Of a DNA stretch of 64,000 nt, positions 11,294 through 23,210 are shown piece after piece (positions within the stretch are counted from its first letter, which is position 1; the number at the start of each line of letters is the position of its first letter). A model generated the notes under the pieces. That model was not told where the DNA came from, ran no database searches, and saw nothing but the letters and a program-made list of their open reading frames with translations. The position numbers were made by a program, and so were the translations under genes. Origin of the DNA: Macrostomum lignano. Its lineage: Eukaryota. The stretch is from positions 1,240,001 to 1,304,000 of the forward strand of contig NIVC01000040.1 in assembly GCA_002269645.1 (NCBI GenBank). The letters are read 5' to 3'.

Positions 11294-11892
11294 ATAAACA
11301 GTGTGTCTGCCTCTAATTGAAACTCATGCAGCTTTGGTTCTGCGTGGTAAAAACGACGTCAAATTCCCTTTAAATTCCATTCAATTCAATGCACACTTTT
11401 CCGCGTTAAACTTATCAAAGAATTTACATATATTCTATACATTTAACCAGTTTAATTTTAGTTTAATTTAATTTTGTAATTTCTGTCCAGATTTAATGTG
11501 GGATTTCCCATACTAAATTCAACTCGGACTCTTAAAGCCTATTCAATACCAATGCGGAATACTTTGCAAAGCATCCACCCGCGAGAGTGGCAGAAGTCGG
11601 ACCATCTGATCTGGGTGCACTCGCAGTTTACCTATGACTACAGCTGCCTCGCTATACATGCAGGTTGGCATGCAGATTAACGCATACAACAGTTTGGCCG
11701 TTTGGTGGCTCTGCTGTTGCTCTGATTCCAAGTCTACGACTACAATGCGGTTTATTCTTGAGTTCTGCGTTTATAATTTCTGTGAAGCTTGAGACTAAAT
11801 TTGAGACAAAAGAACTGTGGAAGTGCAGCTCGTCTAACAAATAGTAAGAAAATGAACACTAACCAAAACATATAATACAAGCTTTCTTTTTA

Positions 11893-11932
11893 GCCAATGC
11901 GTTTCGTCAATCATAAGACGTCGTCAGGGCAA
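11893..11932 (-). ncRNA. Minimal hammerhead ribozyme (variant)
   Basis: UUGCC-CUGACGA-C-GUC(uuaugauu)GAC-GAAA-CGCA-UU-GGC. The core is intact, helices I and II are 3 bp, and helix III is an imperfect palindrome (ACGCAU). Confidence 0.6.
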
Positions 11933-12043
11933 ATTCAATTTAACTTAATTCAATACATCATTATCGGGTAGTGTAGCTCGCTTGGCTAGTACCTTAGAAG
12001 GAGGTAGAAGGAAAATGAATCCGAAAATCAACATAATGTAAGT

Positions 12044-12082
12044 AACGACGCGTTTCGCACTCCTATGTGCATCTTCAGGTTT
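12044..12082 (-). ncRNA. Minimal hammerhead ribozyme
   Basis: AAC-CUGAAGA-U-GCAC(auagga)GUGC-GAAA-CGCG-UC-GUU. It has the classic PLE-type palindromic ACGCGU helix III and a GUC triplet (cut predicted between 12047 and 12046). Confidence 0.8.
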
Positions 12083-12747
12083 ATTTTTTCAACAACGAAA
12101 TTAAACAGGTTTTGCGAATGAATATGTGGAGTTGGTTGTAGGTAAACAAGAAAAAAATTAGAAAAATTATTGAACAAATCGATATTGGAGAACACGAGTT
12201 AGTCCGTACGGCAGAGTGAAGTCCGGGGGGGGGGAAGAATGTACACCCAGTACTCTCTCTCATCAAAAGACACGGAGTAGGTGACCCGCGCCACTATGTT
12301 GGAGTTGTGTGTTTAGGCTGGGTGACTGGGCTTTTATGTGCATGGCCTCAAGAATTCTAAGTTTGAAGTCCGACTGACATTGGTCAATGATTTTAAAGTG
12401 CTCGTTTGGGTTGCAGTTAGAGCAGCTACTACAATGCAGTAAGTGATCTTGTATGTTGTATAGCAGGCGGTTTGAGCCAGTGCTCCCTGGTTCTGGTGTG
12501 TAGGTGTCTTTTAGTAAACATCAAAACATCTAAACATCATTATATTTAGGAATAACAAACTGTACAGTCCAAAGGCGGGTCAAGACAGTCCGGTAGAATT
12601 TCAAATGGGCCTAAGTACAGAACGGAGGGGATCGAGAGAGAGGGAAAGTAGATAAAGCACTGCTCACAGTACTCTGAGCTCACGCTTCACCCCATTGCCA
12701 GCTCGCTGCACATTCAAGTTGGGTTCGTGCATTCTAAATGACCTCTA

Positions 12748-12908
12748 AGAGGGTAACCGTTGGAGAGGGTAACCGTTGGAGAGGGTAACCGTTGGAGAGG
12801 GTAACCATTGGAGAGGGTAACCGTTGGAGAGGGTAACCGTTGGAGAGGGTAACCGTTGGAGAGGGTAACCGTTGGAGAGGTTAACCGTTGGAGAGGGTAA
12901 CCGTTGGA
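12748..12908. repeat. 16-bp minisatellite inside the PLE ORF, about 10 copies
   Basis: Unit GAGGGTAACCGTTGGA, an amplification of the NGYP-coding segment. Confidence 0.9.
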
Positions 12909-13109
12909 TTTGAGAATTTTAGTCAAGGCACAAACTTCTTGGTGGAATAAACTCCAAGCCAAGAACTTCTCACCTCGTAAGCTGTGTGAAGGAGGCCACC
13001 TGACTAACCCAACTTTCCAATGAGACGGACATAATTAAAGCATGGAAATTGAACATCAACCCAGTAAACGTAGGTTTACGGTAAACTTTCACAAGAGGAC
13101 GGTGTCCAG

Positions 13110-13850
13110 GCAGATAGACAGGTCCGACCTGAGTGATGCATTAGCTCGTAATAGAACCAGACACCATGCTACAGGATCTTGGTGCCAGTTTTTCTTCCCG
13201 GGTGGCCAGTGGTTAAACAATAGTAGCCGGAGGGACATGTTGGGGGCTGCCCCGGAGCGTCCAAGGTTCCTGGATTAGGATGATCCCTGGTGCATTTAGG
13301 GATCAATGTGCTGCGAAAGATTGACTAAAGCAGCAATACCTGTTGACCTGCAAGCAGTGAATACCCTGGGAGACAGTCGTGTCTACTGTCCAGGAAAAGA
13401 GAAAAACAGCTCATCCTCAACCTCATCAGTGAGGGTTGAATTGCCTATGTCCCTTGGCTCGGGCTTAGCCGCCTCCCCAGCCGCGAAGGTGGACGCGATG
13501 CCTGCGGCAGGTGAGACACCTGACGGCACTGCACTGCCTTCCTCCCCAGCGACTGGGGTACGTCTGCTGTCTTCTTCTTGTGCGCCACCGTCAGGAGTCT
13601 GAACTCGGCCGGCAGCATCCTTCTGGTGGCAATCCCACCAGTTGGGTTGTCAAGCCGTGTCGTCGTCCAGTTCCTTCGGCTGGCTTGAGCAGTTTGACGA
13701 GCGGCACGAGGCCGCTCGAGGTGAATTCTCAGGATCTGAGCTTCATTGAGGGGGCGCTGAATTAGCCTGGACAGCCGACTACTGCGGGCGGGTCTACAAC
13801 CGCGCGAGGCAGACTCAGCAGCGCGGATTGCCTTATTAGGCTCTGGGTCG
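13110..13850 (-). pseudogene. LINE fragment: ORF1 end and APE endonuclease start (R1/LOA-like)
   Basis: Minus strand reads LQVN...LNAPGIILIQEPW (about 13261-13284) and PRSCSMVS...RSDL, which are APE N-terminal motifs. An acidic ORF1-like tail (TDEVEDELFF) precedes it. Confidence 0.55.
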
Positions 13851-14222
13851 GGTTTCCGCTTGGCCGGCGGAGCCTGAGCCCCAGCTCCGGATGCGATGCG
13901 CTTCCCGTTGTGAAGTGTACACTGCTTGTCTAACTTAGTGTGATTGTGTACGTTTAGTAATGCGTAGCAATGTACATACTATCGGATATATGAGGGGGGT
14001 TTCGCACTTTACCGTTTATTCGAAACAAATGAACGGTAACTTGGGAGCTAAGACTCATTGTAAAGTCCACAACACAACAGTGTCGTCGCAAGCAGAATCA
14101 GCATGAGCAAGCAATTAAGGCGAACAAACACTGGGCTCCCCTGCAAAAGCAGTGGCAGGTCCACCGGCTGGCCAGTCGACCAAGGCAGCAGTCTCTGTTG
14201 TTAAGACTCCAGTTAAGACTCC

Positions 14223-14707
14223 ATGGAGATCGAGCAGCTGGACGTCGGAAATAATATCACCCGATGGATGGATGACTTTAAAGTTGCGGCAAAATTTTAC
14301 CGCGTGGATAACGAGACAAAGGCGCAGATGCTGCTCATGAAACTGTCTCCTGCCCTGTATGACCGAGTAGCCGATCGGGTGGCTCCAACAAAGCCGAGTC
14401 AATTGTCAGCTACAGTGTTGGATGCTGCCCTAAAGGAACTGTTGGTACCGGCAACCTTCGTATTGGCTGAACGGTACACGTTCCAACAGTGTACTCGCGC
14501 ACACGTAGAGAGTCAGTGCGGGCGTTCGCTGAACGGCTTCTGCGGGCAGCGGAGAAATGCAAATTTGATAACAAGGATGAGCGCCTGTGGGACCAACTCA
14601 TCTGCTGTCTGATGGATCAACAGACCGTAGGCAAGCTTTTGGTCAAGGACCATCATAGCTTTACCTTCAAGGATGCGGTTGCCGAGGCTGAGGCTCATTA
14701 CGCTTAA
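14223..14707 (+). pseudogene. Gypsy gag (frameshifted)
   Basis: ORFs 14223-14612 and 14489-14707 together give a Mag-like gag capsid region. Confidence 0.7.
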
Positions 14708-14928
14708 ATAGCCACGGAGATCATGAAGAGCGCAACAAAAGGAGATAGCACGGCCGTTATGAAGGTATCACTACAGCGCCCAGCATATTTCAAAGATATA
14801 TCCCACAGGTCGTACAGGGAATTAAGTATGGGCAGTGCAAAGGTGTCACAGGTTTTTGGCAGGGAGGCAATTCACTTTGATAACCGACCATCGTCCACTC
14901 ACTCACGGACCAGACCAAGAGTTACCGG

Positions 14929-17429
14929 CCCGGTTGAAAAACTTAGCGGGCCTCAGTGGGCTTTTGAGCGGGCCATTAGCGGGCCGAAGCGAATCGGCCC
15001 GTATTACAGGCCTTTTGCAACAAATTGGCCCGCTGAAACCCGGCCTGCTCTGAAGCCCGCTGATTAGCCCGCTAATGGCCCGCTCGAAACCGATCCGCAG
15101 ATCGGCCCGCTGATTAGCCCGCTGGTTGGCCCGCTCACTGGCCCGTTCTAAACCGGCCCGCTGCGCGGCCCACTGGTTGGCCCGCTGGTTGGCCCGTTCT
15201 AAACCGGCCCGCTGGTTGGCCCGTTGGTTGGCCCGCTCAATGGCCCGTTCTAAACCGGCCAGCTGCTCGGCCCACTAGTTGGCCCGCTCACTGGCCCGCT
15301 GGTTGGCCCGTTCTAAACCGGCCCGCTGGTTGGCCCGCTGGTTGGCCCGCTCAATGGTCCGTTCTAAACCGGCCAGCTGCTCGGCCCACTAGTTGGCCCG
15401 CTCACTGGCCCGTTCTAAACCGGCCCGCTGGTTGGCCCGCTGGTTGGCCCGCTCAATGGCCCGTTCTAAACCGGCCAGCTGCTCGGCCCACTAGTTGGCC
15501 CGCTCACTGGCCCGCTGGTTGGCCCGTTCTAAACCGGCCCGCTGGTTGGCCCGCTGGTTGGCCCGCTCACTGGCCCGTTCTAAACCGGCCCGCTGCGCGG
15601 CCCACTGGTTGGCCCGCTGGTTGGCCCGTTCTAAACCGGCCCGCTGGTTGGCCCGTTGGTTGGCCCGCTCAATGGCCCGTTCTAAACCGGCCAGCTGCTC
15701 GGCCCACTAGTTGGCCCGCTCACTGGCCCGCTGGTTGGCCCGTTCTAAACCGGCCCGCTGGTTGGCCCGCTGGTTGGCCCGCTCAATGGTCCGTTCTAAA
15801 CCGGCCAGCTGCTCGGCCCACTAGTTGGCCCGCTCACTGGCCCGTTCTAAACCGGCCCGCTGGTTGGCCCGCTGGTTGGCCCGCTCAATGGCCCGTTCTA
15901 AACCGGCCAGCTGCTCGGCCCACTAGTTGGCCCGCTCACTGGCCCGCTGGTTGGCCCGTTCTAAACCGGCCCGCTCACTGGCCCGCTGGTTGGCCCGTTC
16001 TAAACCGGCCCGCTGCACGGCCCGCTGGTTGGCCCGCTCACTGGCCCGTTCTAAACCGGCCCGCTGACTTGTTGTGAACGTGATAATCTTATCAAATGGT
16101 GTATAAACTTGTACGTGTAAACTTTTGCGGTGTCTTGGCGCTCGGGCAATTATTTGATTTGTAGAGCACTAATGCTGTCCAATAAACTGTGCATACACAA
16201 ATCATGATGACATGTACAATGAGTGTGTCAATTTATTTATTTTTATCGCCTTATACGCCCACAGCAATTTGTATATCGCGCTACGTTGTGACGTATGTAC
16301 TTCAGATATCACCCAGTTTAGTGTGAAACCATTGCTTCGCCCTTTGTTGGCTCTTGGGCTAAGATAGCAAACTGATTCAAACTGATAGTTTGGGTTGAGA
16401 ATAGACTCTGAGGCTAGGGTTGCTCTTTTATATATTAGCTCTTTTAGCTCTATTAGCTATATTAGCTCTTTTAGCTATTCGTGCCACCATGAAAAAATAC
16501 TAGTATTCAATTTTAACCTTAACATCTCTTTGTTTTTACCAGATCCGATGAAGTATATTCCCGGTTTTTATAAAAAAGCTAATTGTACGGCTCATCGGTC
16601 TGACTTAGAAATCTCATGCTTATTTTGCTTCTTTACTTATTTTTTTTGTTCGTTCAGCGGGCCAACCAGAGGGCCGGTTAAGAACGGGCCAATCAGCGGG
16701 CCAACCAACGGGCCAACCAGCGGGCCGGTTTAGAACGGGCCAATGAGTGGGCCAGTGAGCGGGCCAACCAACGGGCCAGCCACCGGGCCAAACAACGGGC
16801 CAGCCAGCGGGCCGGTTTAGAACGGGCCAGTGAGCGGGCCAACCAGCGGGCCAACCAACGGGCCAACCAGCGGGCCGGTTTAGAACGGGCCAACCAGCGG
16901 GCCAACCAACGGGCCAGCCAGCGGGCCGGTTTAGAACGGGCCAATGAGCGGGCCTATGAGCGGGCTGGTTTAGAACGGGCCAATGAGCGGGCCAGCCAGC
17001 AGGCCGGTTTACAACTGGTCAATGAGTGGGCCAATGAGCGGGCCAACCAACGGGCCAACCAGCGGGCCGGTTAAGAACGGGCCAATCAGCGGGCCAACCA
17101 GCGGGCCGGTTTAGAACGGGCCAATGAGGGGGCCAATCAGCGGGCCAGCCAGCAGGCCGGTTTAGAACGGGTCAATGAGTGGGCCAGTGAGCGGGCCAAC
17201 CAACGGGCCAGCCAGCGGGCCAAACAACGGGCCAGCCAGCGGGCCGGTTTAGAACGGGCCAGTGAGCGGGCCAGCCAGCGGGCCCAGAAGCGGGCCGTTG
17301 AACGGGCCGATTTGAGAGACTCGTTGATTTGGAAAAATGAGCGGGCTTTTAGAGCGGGCTTTTCTGACACGAAGTGGCCGATGAGCGGGCCAATTTCAAT
17401 GGGCTAATCCAGTATTTTTTTCAACCGGG
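14929..17429. mobile_element. Non-autonomous CMC/EnSpm-like element, 2501 bp, TSD CGG, inverted subterminal repeat arrays
   Basis: TIRs CCCGGTTGAAAAA and TTTTTCAACCGGG; CGG at 14926-14928 and 17430-17432. GGCCCGCT-based arrays (about 14950-16065) are mirrored at about 16655-17400. Removal restores the reading QELPARVSARMQRW. Confidence 0.85.
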
Positions 17430-17432
17430 CGG

Positions 17433-18790
17433 CACGAGTATCAGCACGGATGCAGCGCTGGGCCATTCTCCTGATGACGTATGACTTCACTATACAGTAT
17501 AAGAGATCTGGCCTGATGAATTCCGATGCATTGTCTCGACTTCTTGGACCCGGACAGGGGCAAAAACTCAGCGTTGGCAGTGTTGAGCTGGCTCACCCGA
17601 CTTCAACTATTGAGCAGTACGTTGCGGATTCAGTCGGAGCAATGTCCGGAGTTACAACGACTTCAAGAAGCGATTCAAACTAGTAATTTCAACCACCAGG
17701 ACCTACGGGCGTACAAATGGTGTCCACCGAACTCACTATGAAGACGGACTGATGATTAGAGGTTTGAGAGTAGTTCCACCGCGTGCGCTGAGACAAATCA
17801 TCATGGAGGCAGCTCATTCGACGCACCTGTGCATGAAAAGGACTAAAGCCTTTAATATGTTCACAATAATGGTGGCCTGCAGCTTTGGACAAAGAGTGCA
17901 AGCAGGTGTACAATGTGCAAGATGGTCAAATAAAGCAAAAGGAATCACCTCAGTTCCTGGCCACAGACTACAGAGCCGTGGGATCGTACATGCAGATGTC
18001 GCGGGACCAATCAATGGAGGCAATACTTACTGGTGCTGGTAGATTCTTTCTCAAGCGCCACCTAGAGGTCCATCATCTGACTAACGACAAGTGTAATCAG
18101 CCACAGCGGTATCTCAGTAACGACGAACTTTACACAGATCGGAATTCCCAGGACTCTGGTGACTGACAATGGACGCAGTTTTGTATCTTCAACCAGAATT
18201 GGCTGAAGAGTTTAATTTGGTTGCCAGCATGTACAACACCGCCATACAACCCTCAAAGCAACGAGCTCGCAGAAAGGTTCGTCTGAAGAGGCCACTGGAC
18301 TGAGTCAACAAAATTTGGATCGATTTCTGCTGTTCTACCGGGCCACACGTGGGTCTTCGGTGACGACGTGGCGGGCAACACCGCAGATCTGGCCAAGATT
18401 GTTTTTCTGACCGGAAGAAACACCTCGCTGGTCATGTTAACCAATGGACAGTACAAAGGTCCTTTTAGCGGAATGGGCGTCTGCGCCTTCCCGCTGTGTC
18501 CCCCTCCGGGGCAGCCCTGCAGTACAAAGGTCCACCTTGATCCAGGGGAAGATGCGGCTGTCGGAGACGAATTTAAGCAGAATCTTCCGCAGTGCAAGAA
18601 CCTCCAGCAAATCCTCCTGAAACTATATTGACAGCCCGACCGAGTTGCCCGGCACGGAGCAGAGCACGCAAGAGCAGCCCGCACCAGTGCCTGCAACTGT
18701 ATCACTATAACAAAGTACTCGGCTCGCTCAGAAGCCGTGAGTAAACTATCGGTTTTGTCTCCGAAGGACTGTTTTATAAAAGAGGGGAGG
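17433..18790 (+). pseudogene. Gypsy RNase H C-terminus and integrase (multiple frameshifts)
   Basis: MQRWAILLMTYDFTIQYKR..NSDALSRL; RQIIMEAAHSTH...C..C; HADVAGP; IPRTLVTDNG. Confidence 0.75.
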
Positions 18791-19099
18791 TGTTGTGGGT
18801 CGATTTATTTTATTCAAACGATATTTTCTTGAATCAGCCACAGCAGAATTTGGTCTATGGCCTAGCGGGAACTTCGTTCTGTACTGTATAATGGTACGAG
18901 TACCAACTAAAAAGAATGGCTTACGCAGTATGCCGAAAAGACAAAATTAGCTGGCTGGTAAAGCCAAGAAATAAACAAAACGGTAAGTTGCGAGCAAAGA
19001 CTCCTTGTAAAGACCACAACACAACAGTTTCCATTAAGCGCTGTTAAAAGAAATGCGCCAATGAATACCATGACATCGGGACGCGGAATTCATTATCGA

Positions 19100-19439
19100 C
19101 AGGGGCGTCGCCATTGTTTTTTTGGTGGGGGCGGGGACAAAGCCAAGAATCGATCAACATGCACATGACTAAATTCCTACATTTCCATTATTTTGAGAAT
19201 CGTGTTGTCAGCGCTCATTTTGGCGCCGTATGCATTCCTTTAAGCGCCGCAGCCACTCATTTTGGCGCCGAAGGCGCTATATTTTGGCGCCCTGAAGAAA
19301 AATTATTGAATATCATGCACAGCGAGTCACAAGGTGGGGTGGGGGGGACAAAGCATTAGAACGTCCCCCCATAGCTTTTACTGGGGGGGGGGGGACATGT
19401 CCCCGGCCTGTCCCCCCCCCCGCGGTGGCGACGCGCCTG
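19100..19439. mobile_element. hAT-like MITE
   Basis: TIRs CAGGGGCGTCGCCA and TGGCGACGCGCCTG. No 8-bp TSD is preserved. Confidence 0.5.
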
Positions 19440-21780
19440 CATGATTATCTCGGATCAAGGAATCAAGGACGACTAAAAATTAACATACATGTAAATTATA
19501 GCTAGGACTCTTAGCAATCGAAATTAAGAAGAGTTCTCTGGCTAATTCTAGCTATAATTCAGTCTCGCATTGTGACCTAATACCGCATTGTGGCACGACC
19601 TACAAAAGTAGTAATATTAAATTGGTCAAGAATTGCAATCTCTAGAGCGTTATGGACAAGCATACAAACAAACCTTAGAGATTAAATATTTGGAAATATT
19701 CGAAAGAATCTATTACATCTTACGAATTTCTCTGTAGCAGCTCACAAGAAATCCTGTCTGCTTGCTATCATCTTTAATATTTCAGCCACGACCACAGCTA
19801 CCCATCGAGCTCCTATTGTGCTTCTAAATTTGTTTGAATCGATTTTGACTGCCGGAAATTCAGCACCGATTTAAACGGCAAAAGATCCATGGAACTTGAG
19901 TTACAACACAAACAACACAAACACAAAAAAACACTGTACTTCTGGGCATAAAGCTACTCCTAATGAGCATATTGGTCTCTTTAACTTAGAAAGAAGCAAT
20001 ATCCCGGAGAAATAAATGCATTCTGTCAGTCTCCAGTTTCTAGATAGCCCAATAACAAGCTAAACTGATGGAAACACAAAAAACACATGAAATTGCGCAT
20101 TTTACATAAAATAAGTGAAAAATATTGGAAATTGCAGAGCAATTTTTTTATTTACAAATTAAGAAAAATTAATAATTCTTGATGTGTATTTTTTGAAATA
20201 TTAATTATGGTTAAGAGAAAAAACAAGAAAGAATTTTATGAGTCAACAATTTTATAAATATACAGAATTTTTTTAAAAATTTTTATAATTACAATGAAAT
20301 CAAATATAAAAATTTTTATTGGCTAGTAATATTACATAAAATTACAAGTAATTAAATAGGCTAGTATAGTCAATATTTTTACTGCATGTTATAGTTATTT
20401 TTTTATAAAAGTATACTAAGTGCCTGCCTTATATAATTGAATTTATACTTAATGGAAAAGCACTATGGAATCTTAAATAGATATTATGTTTATAATTTGA
20501 CTTATTAGAAGAGAAGAAATATCAAAATAGAGGTTTTAACAAGTTGTAAAAAGCATCAAGCCAAGAAATGCCAATTTTATTGCCTATACTGATATTAACA
20601 CTTTGACTGCATGTTTCAAGACGTAATTGAAAAATAAATCTAAAAATATAGGAAGTAAAACAGCATAAAAAGCTTTATTATTAAGTATGGCCACAAAAAT
20701 ACCACACGGCGTAAAAATATAATGCATTTTTTATGCGCAAGTGCGCTGTTCGCTGTAACTGCCTGCTGCCACTGTTGCGCAATAAAGACTCGCAGTTCAA
20801 AATATTTTTTTAATGTTTTCGCTTTGCATTAAAATAAATAGCTTAACAGTCAACACAAAAGGGAGTGCAAAAATGCTGATGAAAGTGATAAAACTTTACT
20901 TTGATAACTTTTTTAATAGGAAAATTTACTATTTTTCGACTCGGGAAACGCACTTAATTTCGTTTACCGCGGAGTTCAGCGGCAGTCATTCAACACCGGA
21001 ATTTAACAAAAAACGTTCTCCTGCAGTTCAGGAGCAACGCGCAAACGCTGAAATTTAATGCGCACGTCGAAATCTGCCTATATTTTGCTTTGAAATATTG
21101 CATGATAGGTTTTCAGCTCTCTGGAAGGATTTATTGGGTTCACCGCCGTTTTCACCCCCCCCCCAAAAAAAACTAACAAAAATCGCCCTCCTGATGTCCA
21201 GGGGCAACGCACAGAGCCAAAAATCTAGGCGCATCTCTAGTTTTACTTGCGCTATGGATTACATATATTTCCAACCCTTAAAAATAAAGTTAAAAATCCG
21301 GTGAACCCAACAGCCGGTGAATTCAGTAGTTAGTTACAGCTGACATAAAGCGATTCATTTCAATTCAACTCTACATTCCAATTTCCAAATCCGCCGTCCT
21401 CATTCCTAAAGCTGACAACTAGCCGTGATCTACATGTAGCCTGTAGGTTGTAGGCCCTATACTAATAGCACTTTGCCTGCAGTCTTTTAAAAATCCTATA
21501 CCCACTGCTGACACCAAAAGTTGTAACAGGGCCAGACTCAGGAACTTCAGGAAGGTGGGATCGGGGTGTATGCAATTTTTTGGGGTAGGGCCTATCCAGT
21601 GACCAGCCCATCTCAAGGTATGGAAGGTGGAAAGTGGGAACTTTCTTTTTTTGTAAAATTATTGTTAGGAAATATTTGTTAAAATAGTAATCTCTAGGCA
21701 TTAAATTTTTAGTGTAGGCCTAGGCCCCCTACGAAATTATGTAGTAAGGGGTATTAAGTTAACATTCATGCGCAACCTTT

Positions 21781-21924
21781 GGAATCAGTCGACCATTTCT
21801 ATTGGCAACACACATATGTAAGTCGCTATTGGCTGAGAGCAGTCATGTGAGTGACTAGGCCTACTATTCTATCCAATAGCAACTTACATGTGTGTGTTGC
21901 CAATAGAAATGGCCGGGTGAATCC
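21781..21924. repeat. Near-perfect hairpin (small MITE-like)
   Basis: 40-bp arms at 21793-21832 and 21873-21912 with 2 mismatches, plus a weaker outer extension. Confidence 0.7.
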
Positions 21925-22504
21925 CTAGGCCTAGGTTAGGTTGTGCCCAAGCATGTACATTAAGTAGAGCAGCTTAGGGCCTAGGCCTAGGCCTAATCAA
22001 TTTAAATGACCTTTAGTAGGCCTAATGGCTAATGCTTATGTATGTAAGTAAATGACTTTTAGGTCTATTTATTAGTATTATATTATATTTTACCGGTGTA
22101 AGACCAAGATGGCCACACACCAAGATGGCCACAGCTGGGGTGGGGGTCACGGAAAATGACAGCTGGTTTACTATTGGATAGCTTCGGGTGGGGAGATGTG
22201 GGGTTGCAATGGGGGGGGGGTTTAGACAGGCAGTCAAAATTTTATTAGCATATTGCAGGGCTAAAGACAAAAATGGTTACAAGTCTTAATTTCCTACTTA
22301 TAGTAGGCCCCTAAGAGGTGTAAACATATTTCGTATTAAACAAATCTCTTCTTCATATAAAATCTGGTGTAGCTTTTTCCAGTTTCTCTTATTGGTCGAG
22401 ACTAATTTACTTGTTTAAAGGGATAAAAACTGGGTAAATTTCATGCCCTGTTCAAAATTCATCTGTCTCATTCACTGACAGCAGTCTAAGCACTTAGATA
22501 CAAA

Positions 22505-23210
22505 ATGGCAGGCGCATATCCATGTGTGGTCTGTCTGCAGCCAGTTTGCGATGGACAAGAAGCAATTGAGTGTTCTCAATGCTTTAATTGGCAGCACCGT
22601 GCATGTGATAGTCGCGTCACAATCGATCAGTATTCTGCAATGAGAAATGTCGGTGAGTTTTTCTGGCTTTGCAATCAATGCAATAGACGGGCTCCTGCAG
22701 GTAACTTAGCAGTGTCTCAAGCTGCAGATGCTGTAGTGGTACAATGTACAAGCCCCGAATTCTGGACCAGCGGCTGTTCCTCTGCCTGCTGAAAATCCAG
22801 AACCAGTGCATCTGATTCCGGCACAAGCAGAAAATTTTCTTTACCAGTATCCAGATTTCAATGACCCTGATCCAGCTCTGGAAGAATCCATTCAAATTCC
22901 TCCAGCAGAGCTTGCACCGCCCCGCAGCCCACCTGGACAGAAACCGCTGAACTTCTACCTTCTGCTGGACCTGCTAGAGCGTGATGCTGAACGGGTGCGA
23001 CGGCTACAGCAGCAAGTTCACGGGGGCCAGGCTGTTACTCATCACCAGCAGGTGCATGCCAGGTACGCACGAGTGAATGCTGCCTTCGAGACGCATTGCA
23101 GACATCTTAGAGAAAGTACACTTTCAATTGCGGCTTTTCTAAGGGCCTGCAGCCATCTGCACACTCAGCCTGTCTGGCAGGTACAGCAGCCTGCAGACGA
23201 GGAGGCTTAA
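22505..23210 (+). pseudogene. Internally deleted MULE transposase-derived ORF: PHD finger joined to C-terminal helical region, no DDE domain
   Basis: CVVC...C..C...QH..C...W.C..C is a C4HC3 PHD pattern. LNFYLLL...FLRACSHL resembles recalled invertebrate MULE C-termini. The two ORFs join in frame if the 7 extra nt at 22739-22745 are removed. Confidence 0.6.

Larger units (their letters stand above)
11870..13110 (-). mobile_element. 5'-truncated, decayed Penelope/Poseidon-type PLE (RT thumb, GIY-YIG C-terminus, hammerheads)
   Basis: Minus strand, with frameshifts, reads KVYRKPTFTGL...HTAYEVRSSW..LFHQEVCALTKILKSNGYP. It ends HFKIIDQCQSDFKLRILEAMHIKAQSPSLNTQLQHSGAGHLLRVF* (stop 12263-12265), a typical PLE endonuclease C-terminus. 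Two hammerheads lie downstream. Confidence 0.8.
13906..19026 (+). mobile_element. Internally deleted Ty3/Gypsy (Mag-type) LTR retrotransposon
   Basis: Contains gag (14223-14707, frameshifted; LAERYTF...WDQLICCL..KLL), RNase H (TDHRPL...MQRWAILL..YDF) and integrase (H2C2, HADVAGP, LVTDNG). PPT AAGAGGGGAGG at 18780-18790 precedes a 3' LTR 18791-19026 (TGTTGTG...CACAACA). The 5' LTR ends at 14079 and its start is approximate. Protease and RT are absent. Confidence 0.75.

Noticed and set aside
14950-17400. CRISPR-like or coding interpretation of the ARWLARS repeats
   Set aside because: There are no unique spacers, the context is eukaryotic, and these are subterminal arrays of a TIR element.
22505-22792. 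Host PHD-finger gene
   Set aside because: It lies inside TIR/TSD-bounded MULE DNA, is intronless, and continues into transposase-like sequence.
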